Shown: positions 27,604 to 37,344 of the stretch, piece after piece | Position numbering within the stretch: position 1 is the first letter of the stretch | Layout of the letters: each line of letters opens with the position of its first letter | From: Fervidicoccaceae archaeon | GTDB taxonomy: Archaea > Thermoproteota > Thermoprotei_A > Sulfolobales > Fervidicoccaceae | DNA length: 64,000 nucleotides | Assembly (NCBI GenBank): GCA_038734945.1 | Contig: JAVYOA010000001.1 | Span: 1-64,000 of the forward strand | Reading direction: 5' to 3' | The notes under the pieces: model-generated | What the model was told of the DNA's origin: nothing | Seen by the model: the letters and a program-made list of their open reading frames with translations, nothing else | Database searches by the model: none | Program-made: the position numbers and the translations under genes

Positions 27604-28597
27604 TGTAATTGTAGAAAATCTTTGGAAGATCTATCCGGGTAATATTCAGGCAGTAAGGGGGATATCCTTCGTTGTTCATCATGGAGAGATATTCAGTCTG
27701 CTCGGTCCAAACGGTGCTGGGAAAACAACAACAATTAGCATATTGACGACTCTCATAAAGCCAACCAAGGGAAGAGCAATAGTGGGAGGCTTCGATGTTG
27801 AGAAGCAGGCCAGCAAAGTTAGAGAAATAATTGGCTTAGTGCCTCAAGACATAGTAGTGGATGATGATCTAACAGCCTGGGACAACATGATGGTGCAAGC
27901 TGCTATATACCATATTCCGAAGAGCATTGCGAAGAAGAGGGCTGAGGAATTGCTTGAGTTCATGGATCTGAGCGAATTTGCCAACAAGAAGGCCGAGAAC
28001 TTTTCCGGAGGAATGAGGAGGAGGCTGGAGCTTGCTGCAGCTCTTCTCCATAGCCCCAGAATCCTCTTCCTGGATGAGCCAACTTTGGGACTAGATGTTC
28101 AAGTGAGGACTGCGGTGTGGGAGTACATAAAGAGGATAAAGAAGGAGGAAGACATGACAGTAATAATGACAACTCATTATATGGAAGAAGCTGATAAGCT
28201 CTCAGACAGAGTTGCTATAATTGACTATGGAGAAATAAAGGCAATAGGATCTCCTGCAGAGCTCAAAGAGAGCCTGGGAGGAGATATAATAGAAATACAG
28301 GTTGATGGTCTGTCACATGAAATCGAGCTCGAAAAATTAATTCCAACGAATGGTCTCATCAAAGAAATTAAGTTGAGGGGAGATGTTATAAGAATAAAAA
28401 CTGCCGAGGGAGAGAGAGTTCTTCCCAACCTCGTTCTTGAATTGAGCAGGAAGGGGATGGTGGTGAAATCTGTGAACCTGATAAAACCATCTTTGGATGA
28501 GGTCTTTCTCGAATATACGGGGAAGAGGATCAGGGAAACAGAAGTATCAAAGGAAGAGGTCTTCAGGGAGAGGGCTATAAGGAGGAGAAGGAGGTGA
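27596..28597 (+). CDS. ABC-2 exporter ATP-binding protein (DrrA-like)
   Basis: GPNGAGKT, FSGGMRRR, LDEPTLGLD, TTHYMEEAD, SLDEVFL; ATG 27596. Confidence 0.9.
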   Translation: MDDVIVENLWKIYPGNIQAVRGISFVVHHGEIFSLLGPNGAGKTTTISILTTLIKPTKGRAIVGGFDVEKQASKVREIIGLVPQDIVVDDDLTAWDNMMVQAAIYHIPKSIAKKRAEELLEFMDLSEFANKKAENFSGGMRRRLELAAALLHSPRILFLDEPTLGLDVQVRTAVWEYIKRIKKEEDMTVIMTTHYMEEADKLSDRVAIIDYGEIKAIGSPAELKESLGGDIIEIQVDGLSHEIELEKLIPTNGLIKEIKLRGDVIRIKTAEGERVLPNLVLELSRKGMVVKSVNLIKPSLDEVFLEYTGKRIRETEVSKEEVFRERAIRRRRR

Positions 28598-28603
28598 GAA
28601 TAA

Positions 28604-29494
28604 ATGGTGAAGGAAATTGGCAGAGGAAGGTTATATTCTGAGATTGGGGCACTTACTCTCAGAGAGCTCAAGAAGTGGATAAATAAGCCTTATGTTGTAG
28701 CAATGATGTTAATCCAGCCAGTTCTCTGGATCGGCTTATTTGGCAAAGCGTTCAATTTGACAGGACTCTTCACAATACCTCCAGATATACTTAGCAATCT
28801 CCCTCCATATGTAACACAGGAAGTTCAGTCTATGTTCAATGGCATCATGACGAGGCTATTCGGAACCTCGAACATTGATTACTTCTCATATATGGCTGTG
28901 GGCATGATGGCAGTGATCTCTCTGTTTGCAGGGCTGCAGACAGGGATGAGCCTTTCATGGGATAGAAGGCTTGGTTATTTGAACAAGCTACTTGTGGCCC
29001 CTATTTCTAGGGGAAGCATAATAGTATCAAAGGTTCTCGGAGGAACGGTGAAGGCTATAGTGCAGTCTATGATAATACTGATAATTGCGATCCCCTTTGG
29101 TCTCAAGCTGAATATTGCAGGAGCCTGGGAGCTTCTTGCAGCAATTGCTGGTCTTGTTCTATTTTCGGTAGGAATAGGAACCCTGATGATATCAATAACG
29201 CTGAAGGCAAAATCATGGGAAACACAGATGACGGTTATGAATCTTCTGAATCTTCCCCTTATGTTTGCTAGCAACGTTCTCGTTCCTTTGGCTATGATGC
29301 CAAACTGGCTCCAAACAGTGGCAAAGTTCAATCCTCTAACGTACACAGCCGACATATTGAGGGAGGCTCTCCTTATGGGAAGCTCTGCTAGTTCATCAAC
29401 TATTCTAAAGGACCTGGGAATTTTATCTATTACAGCAGCCGTTCTTTTGCTCATCGGCGTCATAATAGCAAGCAGGAGCCTGAGGAAGGAGTAG
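28604..29494 (+). CDS. ABC-2 exporter permease
   Basis: QPVLWIGLFG, DRRLGYL.KLLVAP, MPNWLQ..A.FNPLTY. Confidence 0.88.
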   Translation: MVKEIGRGRLYSEIGALTLRELKKWINKPYVVAMMLIQPVLWIGLFGKAFNLTGLFTIPPDILSNLPPYVTQEVQSMFNGIMTRLFGTSNIDYFSYMAVGMMAVISLFAGLQTGMSLSWDRRLGYLNKLLVAPISRGSIIVSKVLGGTVKAIVQSMIILIIAIPFGLKLNIAGAWELLAAIAGLVLFSVGIGTLMISITLKAKSWETQMTVMNLLNLPLMFASNVLVPLAMMPNWLQTVAKFNPLTYTADILREALLMGSSASSSTILKDLGILSITAAVLLLIGVIIASRSLRKE

Positions 29495-29523
29495 CAGAAT
29501 GATCATGAAATTTAAGCAGATGT

Positions 29524-30102
29524 ATGGTGGCCATGAGAGAAGCTAAGAATTTGCTGAATAGAGCTAGGAAGAGGGCTGTTCTGGCTTTTTTGTCAGCAGT
29601 ATACAGGGTTTATCCTGCTAGCAGTAAGTTCGAGGAATACAGAATTTCTGATAGGATAAGAGAAGAATTTGCATGCAGAAAAGTGCTTGATGTAGGGTGC
29701 GGAAAAGGAAATCTTGGAAAATTGCTGAGAGATCTGGAGCTGTATGTTGGTCTTGATCTATCTGAGATATTCGAGCAAGACGAGGGGAGAGAGTACATAA
29801 GAGGAATTATGGAGAAGCTTCCGATTAGAGAGGGAAAGATCTTTGACTGTGCTTATTTTGTGAATTCGATTTTTTACTCCAGCAACTGGATGAACAGCTT
29901 ATTTGAAGCAGAAAGGGTTTCCAGAAGAGTTGTGCTTATAGATATAGATAAGAGATACCCGCACATTTGGGTTCTCGATATGCTTGAGGGGAGAATAAGA
30001 GCTCCTCCACATGATATAAAGAGGCGTTTAGAGGGGAAAATGAGGGTTTTATGGGAGAAGCACGGAACAACTTTTGCTCTCGTTCTGGAGAAATCATCTT
30101 AA
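29524..30102 (+). CDS. Class I SAM-dependent methyltransferase
   Basis: VLDVGCGKG, GLDLS. Confidence 0.7.
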   Translation: MVAMREAKNLLNRARKRAVLAFLSAVYRVYPASSKFEEYRISDRIREEFACRKVLDVGCGKGNLGKLLRDLELYVGLDLSEIFEQDEGREYIRGIMEKLPIREGKIFDCAYFVNSIFYSSNWMNSLFEAERVSRRVVLIDIDKRYPHIWVLDMLEGRIRAPPHDIKRRLEGKMRVLWEKHGTTFALVLEKSS

Positions 30103-30867
30103 GATTATTCTCTCCAGGTCATTGACTATTCTTGCTGTCTGGCTTCTCCCTTCTTTCAGTATATCAGACTCCGTCGTCTGAACATTGTGAAATCTCTCAT
30201 CAATGTGATTTAGCAGAAGGATGTTGCTTCCTATTTTTGATGCTGCTGCAATAGCCTGCCTAGCTGTGGTGTGTCCATATTTCCTGCACAGCTCCTCGTA
30301 TCTATCATCGCAGGTGGCCTCGTGAACCAGAACTTCTACCCCTCTCATTTTATCAATGCCTTGGCAGGGCTCAGAAGTATCTCCTGAAAAGCCTATCATG
30401 GTATCATCATCTCTTATGGTGAGTCCGAAGGCTGGAAGGACGTGGCATACATCTACTATCTGCATTTGATTTCTTCCCAGACTGAAGGTTCTGAGATTCT
30501 CTGCTCTATCAATGAGAAGCTGAAATGAAATGTTTGTGAAGAGATGGGGAGCAACGACTCTTATGCTTTCCTCAAGTCCAGATGGTCCGATTATTTTCAG
30601 GGGCTTCCTTCTCCCCTCCATGTGTGCCTGAAAAATCAGCTCAGGAAGGCCGAGAAAGTGATCCATGTGCATGTGGGTAATGAAAACAGCATCGAGCTCA
30701 GTCAAATATCCCCTATCGCTGAGCCTGTAGTGACAACCGACCCCACAATCCACAAGTAGGAGGGAGTCCTGAAGCTCTGCTAAGGTGGATGCCCTCCATC
30801 TGCTCGATCCAGAACTTCCTCCTGCTCCCGTGCCTATGAAAAGAAGACTAGAGCTCAAATTCTTCAC
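30094..30867 (-). CDS. RNase Z-like metallo-beta-lactamase-fold hydrolase
   Basis: FIGTG, DCG, THMHMDH, SGDT, HEAT, GHTT, NH. Confidence 0.8.
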   Translation of the reverse strand: MKNLSSSLLFIGTGAGGSSGSSRWRASTLAELQDSLLLVDCGVGCHYRLSDRGYLTELDAVFITHMHMDHFLGLPELIFQAHMEGRRKPLKIIGPSGLEESIRVVAPHLFTNISFQLLIDRAENLRTFSLGRNQMQIVDVCHVLPAFGLTIRDDDTMIGFSGDTSEPCQGIDKMRGVEVLVHEATCDDRYEELCRKYGHTTARQAIAAASKIGSNILLLNHIDERFHNVQTTESDILKEGRSQTARIVNDLERIILR

Positions 30868-31038
30868 CCTTGCTTTCTCAATTTCCGCAAATCTAAATAT
30901 TCCTTTTGCTGTTTAGTAAACAAAGTGGTTCAGAGAATCGGGAAATCAAATATGTCGAAAAGTGGTCATGGTATTTTCAGCCTCTCCATAGATAGCTAAT
31001 AGGAGAGGGAGGTTTCAATTGAAGCTGGTTGATGATTA

Positions 31039-33060
31039 ATGGCGAAGAGTGAAGTCAGCTGTGAGCAGCTGCTGGGGAAAGGATATGTGATGATTATTGC
31101 GGAGAAGCCGAAGGCAGCAGCAGCTCTGGCAAGGGCTCTAACGGGAAGGCCTGTGGAGTGCAGGGAAAGAGGGGTTGCCTACTGGATAGTGAAGATGAAA
31201 GATAGGACATATGCAATAGCGAGCACAGCGGGACATATGTTCACGCTCTCCACCAACACTGCTGGGTTTCCAGTCTTTGACTATGAATGGGTTCCTAGGT
31301 GGGAAGCAGAAAGAAAAGCCTGGCATATGAGGAAGTTCTACAGTGCTCTATCCAAGCTTGCGAGGAATGCATCTCTCTATATAAATGCCTGTGACTATGA
31401 CATCGAGGGATCTGTTATCGGATACATGATTATAAATAAGCTTGGCAACGGGGCCGAGGCCTTAAGGATGAAATATTCATCGCTAACTGAAGATGAGCTC
31501 AGAAAGGCTTTTTCCTCCCTCTCTGGAATGGATTGGGAGATGATAGAAGCTGGCCTCTGCAGGCACGAGCTAGACTGGATCTGGGGGATAAATTTGAGCA
31601 GACTGCTCAGCTGGGTGGCTGGAGAAAGAGGGAAGAAGTCGCTTAGCTCTGGCAGAGTGCAGAGTCCTACGCTCTTCGAGGTCGTCAATAGATACTTTGA
31701 ATATTTAACATTTGCTTCCCCTCCAAAGTTCGTGCTTAGGGCTGTAGTAATTGTCAATGGAGAAGAGCTGAGTACTACACATGTTTCATCTCCTTTCGAA
31801 ACTAGAATTGAAGCTGAGGACAGAAAAAAGAGGATAGTTAGAGCTAAGGAAGGGAGGGTTGAGAAGATCAAGAAAGAGCGCCAACTCCTTCCTCCTCCTC
31901 CAGCCTTCAACCTCAGTGAGCTGCAGTACGAGGCCTCCAGGATCTATGGCTTCTCTCCGAGTTACACACAGCGCTTGGCAGAGGAGCTGTATCTCGACGC
32001 TCTAATCAGCTATCCAAGGACAAACAGCGAGAAGCTTCCTCCAACAGTTCCGCATAGAAAGATAATGAGCGGGCTCTCATCAATAAAGAGCTATAGCGAA
32101 ATAGCCTCCTCTATAATTGCTATGGGAAGCTTCGAGCCAGTGCAGGGAAAAAAGGAGGATCCTGCACATCCTGCTATATATCCAACAGGAAAGATACCAA
32201 CCAAGATCAGCAGAGATGGGATGAGAATATACGATCTCATAGCAAGGAGGTATATGGCTGCCTTCATGCCTCATGCGGATATAGAAAAAGGAGATGTGCT
32301 CATTCAGATTGGGGAGGAAAAGCTCCTAGCACAAATAAGGAGAGTAGTTAAATCCGGCTGGCTATCAGCATATTACTTTGCTAGAGGCAGAGAAAGAGAG
32401 ATGGAGGTTTCTGAAGGAGATAGAGTTGAGTTGAAGTCAGCCAAAATATCTTCCTTGTTTCAGGGAAAGGTGAGACTGTACACAAAAGCATCGCTCCTGA
32501 AATGGATGGAGAATGAGAAAATCGGAACAGAAGCAACGAGAGCGCAGATAATGGAGACGCTGTTTAAAAGAGGTTATCTCATGCTCAAGGGAAAGAGTGT
32601 AGTTCCCACAAAGCTGGGGATTGCAGTCGCTCTTTTCCTAAGAGAGGAGTTCCCCGACATAACTAGAACAGAACTGACAAGGAGGTTTGAGGAAAAGCTC
32701 CTTCTGATCAGAGAGAATAGAGAGAAGAGAGAAAATGTTGTTAAAGAAGCAAAGGAATTTCTGAAAAATGAACTGGAGAAATCTATTGAGAGAGGAGAGC
32801 TATTGAGAAAGCGCATGAGAGAGTTCACTGCCCCAGAGAATAGGTGCGAGCTCTGCGATCTTCCAGCATTGAAGGAAGGGGGGCTCTGCCTAGTACATTA
32901 TACGGCTCTTCAGAGGCTAACCGAGAGCTTCGATGCATGGGAAAAGGCATTTGGAGAGAGCAGAGAGAAGATACTTAGAAGAATTGCCAGATCCGCTTCA
33001 GTTGGAAGGGCAGTGAGAGAGGTTGCGAGGGGCATAATCGAGAAAAAGATAATTTTGTAG
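31039..33060 (+). CDS. topA: DNA topoisomerase type IA (crenarchaeal TopA/Topo III)
   Basis: IAEKP, GH, DYDIEG Toprim, SGRVQSP, ISYPRT catalytic Tyr, AHPAIYP, GTEATR, C-terminal CxxC...C..H finger. Confidence 0.93.
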   Translation: MAKSEVSCEQLLGKGYVMIIAEKPKAAAALARALTGRPVECRERGVAYWIVKMKDRTYAIASTAGHMFTLSTNTAGFPVFDYEWVPRWEAERKAWHMRKFYSALSKLARNASLYINACDYDIEGSVIGYMIINKLGNGAEALRMKYSSLTEDELRKAFSSLSGMDWEMIEAGLCRHELDWIWGINLSRLLSWVAGERGKKSLSSGRVQSPTLFEVVNRYFEYLTFASPPKFVLRAVVIVNGEELSTTHVSSPFETRIEAEDRKKRIVRAKEGRVEKIKKERQLLPPPPAFNLSELQYEASRIYGFSPSYTQRLAEELYLDALISYPRTNSEKLPPTVPHRKIMSGLSSIKSYSEIASSIIAMGSFEPVQGKKEDPAHPAIYPTGKIPTKISRDGMRIYDLIARRYMAAFMPHADIEKGDVLIQIGEEKLLAQIRRVVKSGWLSAYYFARGREREMEVSEGDRVELKSAKISSLFQGKVRLYTKASLLKWMENEKIGTEATRAQIMETLFKRGYLMLKGKSVVPTKLGIAVALFLREEFPDITRTELTRRFEEKLLLIRENREKRENVVKEAKEFLKNELEKSIERGELLRKRMREFTAPENRCELCDLPALKEGGLCLVHYTALQRLTESFDAWEKAFGESREKILRRIARSASVGRAVREVARGIIEKKIIL

Positions 33061-33091
33061 CTAAAAGAAAACAACTTTTTGGTGAGCGCCT

Positions 33092-33988
33092 TTGAGTTCT
33101 GTTCTTGTTTGTGGAACAAAGTCCGAGTGGTTCTGCAGCCAGCTATCCAAGAAATTGAGCGTTGAGTTTTTACAGGTAGAGAGCAAGAGGTTTCCTGATG
33201 GAGAGAGCTACGTTAGAATAGATGGGCAGGTCTCTGGGAAAGATGTTGTTTTGGCTCATTCACTTTCTCCTCCACAAAATGATTCAATTTGGGAGCTTCT
33301 GCTCACAATGGAAGCACTCAGCGAAAGCAGAGCTAAAAAGATAATTCTCTACCTTCCTTACATTGCCTACAGCAGGCAGGACAAAATATTCTTGCCTGGA
33401 GAGCCGATCAGCATAAAGGCTCTTCTTCAGATACTTTCATTCATGGGAGCTTCAGGGCTTATAACCTTTGATATCCACAAGGAGAGATCGCTGGAGTATT
33501 TCAGGGGAAAGGCATATAGCATAATTCCTGTGGATTCGCTTTCTTCGAAGCTGAGGGAAATAACGAAGAGCCCAGTAATAGTTGCCCCTGACATTGGAGC
33601 ATTGCAGAGAGCAAAGGCAGTGGCAGATAATTTGGGATGCAAATTCTTCAATTTGAGCAAGAAGAGGGATCTCAGAACAGGAGAGGTAACAATAACTGCT
33701 GAAGAGGTTGACGTGAAAAACAGAGAGGTTGTTATCTTGGATGATATTATTAGCACCGGAGGTACTGTGGCTAAGGCTGCTTCTCTGCTCAGGGAATTGG
33801 GAGCTGATAAGATCTATGTAGCAGTTACGCATGCCCTTATGGTCGGAGATGCCTACAAAAAGCTGAAAAGCTCAGGAGTTTCAACGATCATAGCAGCTAA
33901 TACGCTTCCCCCTCTGCCAGGAATAGAGTACTTTGATGTTTCCGAAGAAGGGGCAAAAGCAATAGGAAAATTCCTGAACAATGATTGA
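33092..33988 (+). CDS. prs: Ribose-phosphate pyrophosphokinase
   Basis: FPDGE, YSRQDK, DIH, APDIG, LDDIISTGGT. Confidence 0.93.
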   Translation: MSSVLVCGTKSEWFCSQLSKKLSVEFLQVESKRFPDGESYVRIDGQVSGKDVVLAHSLSPPQNDSIWELLLTMEALSESRAKKIILYLPYIAYSRQDKIFLPGEPISIKALLQILSFMGASGLITFDIHKERSLEYFRGKAYSIIPVDSLSSKLREITKSPVIVAPDIGALQRAKAVADNLGCKFFNLSKKRDLRTGEVTITAEEVDVKNREVVILDDIISTGGTVAKAASLLRELGADKIYVAVTHALMVGDAYKKLKSSGVSTIIAANTLPPLPGIEYFDVSEEGAKAIGKFLNND

Positions 33989-34040
33989 GATTGCCTTTTT
34001 AATCTGATACTGGAATAAGCAATATGAGGAAAGCTGAAGA

Positions 34041-35045
34041 TTGACTCATGTGGCCTATGCCAACATATCGGGAAAGCATGCCTGTCTGAGCAGAGCTGAG
34101 ATGCTTTCACTGCTTGAGAATAAGGAAGGATTCAGAGAGATAGCTTCTTTCACTGGAGTGGAGCTCTTTGAAATAGGGGATCTAAATAGCATTGTGTGGG
34201 CACAGTCCGTTTCATCGACTCTGAAGTCGGTTGGAAAGGTGCTTCTCATTTTGGGTGCGAAGGGGGAGATAAGGCATTTTGCCTGTCCTGATTCCATAGG
34301 TGAAGTTGAAATAAGAAGGATGCAGGGAATGAATAGGGAAATGGGAAGGGAGAGGGCTCTGAAGACGATTGAGGGGCTACTGCGGGATAGATGTGGAAAT
34401 TTGGAGGGAGGACAAGGAAAGGTGGAAATTTTCCTCACTGATGGAGTCATAATTGTGGGAGAGTCTCTGTCCTCAAAGGGAAAGGGGGAGCTGATGAGCA
34501 GAAATCCCCATACTCTTCCATTTTATAAGCCCGGGGCCCTAAATCCCTGGTTCGCGAGGCTCCTGGTCAATCTGGCATCTCCTTTTGGAGGAAAAGCTGT
34601 ATACGATCCTTTCTGTGGTGTTGGTACTATCCTCCTAGCTGCCTCAGAATTATGGAATATAGAGCTTCTCTGCAGCGATATAAGAAGGGATATGTGTGCA
34701 GGCTCAAAAGCAAACCTTGGGGCTCTATCGCCTCAGCCGTTTGAGATAGTGAGGGCTGATGCCCTTCATCTTCCTATGAGGAGAGGGGCCTTCAGCCATG
34801 TGGTAAGTGACCCTCCATATAATAGATCAATTAGATCTCTCTATTCAGCTCCAACAGAGCTCCTCTCTGGAGCTCTACAGCAGATCTCTGAAACTATTGA
34901 AAAGGGAGGGAGGATCGTCATCTCCATAGATGAAGATCTGGCAAGAAGTGTTTCCATACCAGAGGGAGTTTTTTTGAAGCATAAGTGCCCGATGTACGTC
35001 CACAACAGGTTAACCAGAGCAGTGATGGTGATGGTGAAGGAATGA
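34041..35045 (+). CDS. tRNA (guanine-10-N2) methyltransferase, Trm11/TrmG10-like
   Basis: PFYKPGAL.P..ARLLVNL, DPFCGVG, SDPPY; N-terminal THUMP-like region. Confidence 0.75.
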   Translation: MTHVAYANISGKHACLSRAEMLSLLENKEGFREIASFTGVELFEIGDLNSIVWAQSVSSTLKSVGKVLLILGAKGEIRHFACPDSIGEVEIRRMQGMNREMGRERALKTIEGLLRDRCGNLEGGQGKVEIFLTDGVIIVGESLSSKGKGELMSRNPHTLPFYKPGALNPWFARLLVNLASPFGGKAVYDPFCGVGTILLAASELWNIELLCSDIRRDMCAGSKANLGALSPQPFEIVRADALHLPMRRGAFSHVVSDPPYNRSIRSLYSAPTELLSGALQQISETIEKGGRIVISIDEDLARSVSIPEGVFLKHKCPMYVHNRLTRAVMVMVKE

Positions 35046-35818
35046 GCGATGCATGGCTAATATTTCTGGGAACAGCTGCGGGAGTTCCCAGCGGAGGTTC
35101 GGGCATGCCGGGAATTCTGCTGCAGTACAGAGGAAAATACATTCTTCTGGATGCTGGGGAGGGAACGCAGATTTCCCTCTCAAGGCTGGGCATTGGAAGT
35201 GCCAAAATAGATGCTATCTTGGTTTCTCACCTTCACGGAGATCATATCTTCGGCCTTCCTGGTCTAATCCAGACAATGAGCATGGAATCAAGGACTAGGC
35301 CTCTTCTCGTCATTTCTCCTGCAGAAATTCGGTCTTTTCTTGATGCTTCCTTCAGAATAACCAGCTTTACTCCTTCCTTCGAAATTAAAGTAGAGGAGCC
35401 AAGCAGATTGAGCATAGGAGATGCTATAGATGTTGTGCCTTTTAGAACATGTCATACTATATCTCCTTCCTTTGGATATCTTCTGGTTGGGAAGAGTCAT
35501 GGAGGAAAAGTTAGATTTTCACTAGCATATACTGGTGATACTATGCCCTGCGATAGTTATAGAGATGCCATAAGGGGCGCAGAAATCCTAATACACGATT
35601 CCACTTTTTCTGAGGAGGTTGGAGCTGAAGCCTGGAACTATGGACATTCAACATCGAGAGATGCTGCTTTGCTAGCAAGGGATATAGGAGCAAGAATCCT
35701 ATTCCTTTTTCATATAAGCAGCAGATACAGCAGCGATCCCCTCGTTCTGGAGAGAGAGGCTAGAAGAATTTTTCCCATGAGCTTCTTGGCAAAAGATGGA
35801 ATGAAGTTTTATCTGTAG
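35042..35818 (+). CDS. rnz: Ribonuclease Z homologue (short, no flexible arm)
   Basis: FLGT, DAGEGTQ, SHLHGDH..GLPG, TGDT, HDSTF, GHST, HISSRY, AKDG; ATG 35042 overlaps the upstream stop. Confidence 0.75.
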   Translation: MSDAWLIFLGTAAGVPSGGSGMPGILLQYRGKYILLDAGEGTQISLSRLGIGSAKIDAILVSHLHGDHIFGLPGLIQTMSMESRTRPLLVISPAEIRSFLDASFRITSFTPSFEIKVEEPSRLSIGDAIDVVPFRTCHTISPSFGYLLVGKSHGGKVRFSLAYTGDTMPCDSYRDAIRGAEILIHDSTFSEEVGAEAWNYGHSTSRDAALLARDIGARILFLFHISSRYSSDPLVLEREARRIFPMSFLAKDGMKFYL

Positions 35819-35848
35819 GAAATCACTACTAGAAATTGGTGAACAGGT

Positions 35849-36703
35849 TTGCCATGTGGGAAAATCAGGTTTGGTCCTGCAGGGAAGCCAATAGATCTGC
35901 ATGGGGATCTGTTAGATGCTCCCAAATTTCTCAGAGAGATCGGACTGAATGCTATGGAGTATGAGGCTGTGAGGGGTGTAAACATATCTAGGGAGAGGGC
36001 AGAGAAGTTAGGTAGCCTTGCCAGGGAAAACGATGTTGTTTTGAGCATGCATGCTCCCTACTATGTTAATCTCTCCGCACTTGAGCAGGAAAAGGTGGAG
36101 AGCAGCATAAAAAGGCTCGTGGACTCTCTCCAGGCATCTAGTTGGATGGGCAGCTATGTCGTTGTCTTTCACCCTGGATACTACCTGGATTGGGGGACAA
36201 AGGAAGCAGTAGCCAGAGTGATATCTGCCCTGAAAGAAGTTAGAAGCAGAGCGTTGAATGTATCTGCTTCTAATGTGTGGCTGGGACCTGAAACTACGGG
36301 AAAGACGAAGCAGGTAGGTTCTGTAGATGATATAATAAAGATCTGCAGTGAAATTGACAGATGCAGGCCTGTGGTTGATTGGGCTCACCTCCATGCTAGA
36401 AGCTTGGGAAAATTCCCAACGGGCTACGAGGATGTTCTGAAGGTCATAGAAGCTTTAGAGAGAGGGCTGGGAAGAGAGGCTGTGAACCCCCTGCACACGC
36501 ACTTCTCTAAGATTGAATATACAAGAGGCGGAGAAAAGGAGCATCACACCCTCGACGAAAATTTTGGTCCTGACTTCAGTATTGTATGCCGGGCTTACAG
36601 AGAAGTAGGCATAGATGCTATAATAATAAGCGAAAGTCCTGTGCTTGAGCGAGATGCTCTAAAAATGAAGAGCATTTGTGAAGATGTTTGTTTCGAGAAA
36701 TAA
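35849..36703 (+). CDS. nfo: Endonuclease IV (archaeal AP endonuclease 2, TIM barrel)
   Basis: FGPAG, HAPYYVNL, FHPG, ETTGK, DWAH, HTHFS, EHH, ISESP. Confidence 0.85.
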   Translation: MPCGKIRFGPAGKPIDLHGDLLDAPKFLREIGLNAMEYEAVRGVNISRERAEKLGSLARENDVVLSMHAPYYVNLSALEQEKVESSIKRLVDSLQASSWMGSYVVVFHPGYYLDWGTKEAVARVISALKEVRSRALNVSASNVWLGPETTGKTKQVGSVDDIIKICSEIDRCRPVVDWAHLHARSLGKFPTGYEDVLKVIEALERGLGREAVNPLHTHFSKIEYTRGGEKEHHTLDENFGPDFSIVCRAYREVGIDAIIISESPVLERDALKMKSICEDVCFEK

Positions 36704-36727
36704 GAGCACTTGCTTGAAAGAACAAGC

Positions 36728-37015
36728 TCAAATTATGTTTTGCTTAGCTTTTCTCTCCTCCTCCGCCCTCACCTTGACAATTCCAAGATGAATGGCGCAG
36801 GAAACACAATAGCATTTCTTGACAGGGTATCTAGCTATTATTGCTCCCTTCTTCTCGAGCTCCCTTGCCAACTGGGGCTCGATGGGAGAATACATTCTCT
36901 CAACACATATTGCTTTATCCTCGGGAACAAGCCTTCCGCAGTTGTCGCATTGAATCCTCTCTACATAGCCCTTTCCTCCTTTATGTCTTCCTCTGCTCTC
37001 TCTCTTTTTCGGCAT
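36728..37015 (-). CDS. rps26e: 30S ribosomal protein S26e
   Basis: MPKKRESRGRHKG...CDNCGRLVPEDKA...YCVSCAIH. Confidence 0.96.
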   Translation of the reverse strand: MPKKRESRGRHKGGKGYVERIQCDNCGRLVPEDKAICVERMYSPIEPQLARELEKKGAIIARYPVKKCYCVSCAIHLGIVKVRAEEERKAKQNII

Positions 37016-37344
37016 TTACACACTCTCCCTCTCAAATCAGTGAAGCATATTGGCAAAACCTTTGTTCTGAAAGATTTTAAATCTTTGCAGATCGCTGTTT
37101 TCTAGCTCAAGCGGACCAGCATTCTTGAGTGTGTGAAAGCTGTTTTAATTTTTTTTAGTCTCTGCAGGATGTCTGGAATTAGCCTGGGAAGCTGTGTGGA
37201 AGGCCCAGAGATTATTTAGCTGGAAAAATTTCCATGACTCTCATTCAGAGTGATAATAGCTAATGTGAAGCTTGGAGAAGAAAGAAAAGTACACAGCAAA
37301 GCCTGCAGAAATTTAGGGCAGGAAATGGTAGTCAAATTGGATTC

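Noticed and set aside
37090..37344. 250-bp gap between rps26e and proS as a hidden gene or ncRNA
   Set aside because: Only very short ORFs, and no convincing structure or box motifs by eye.
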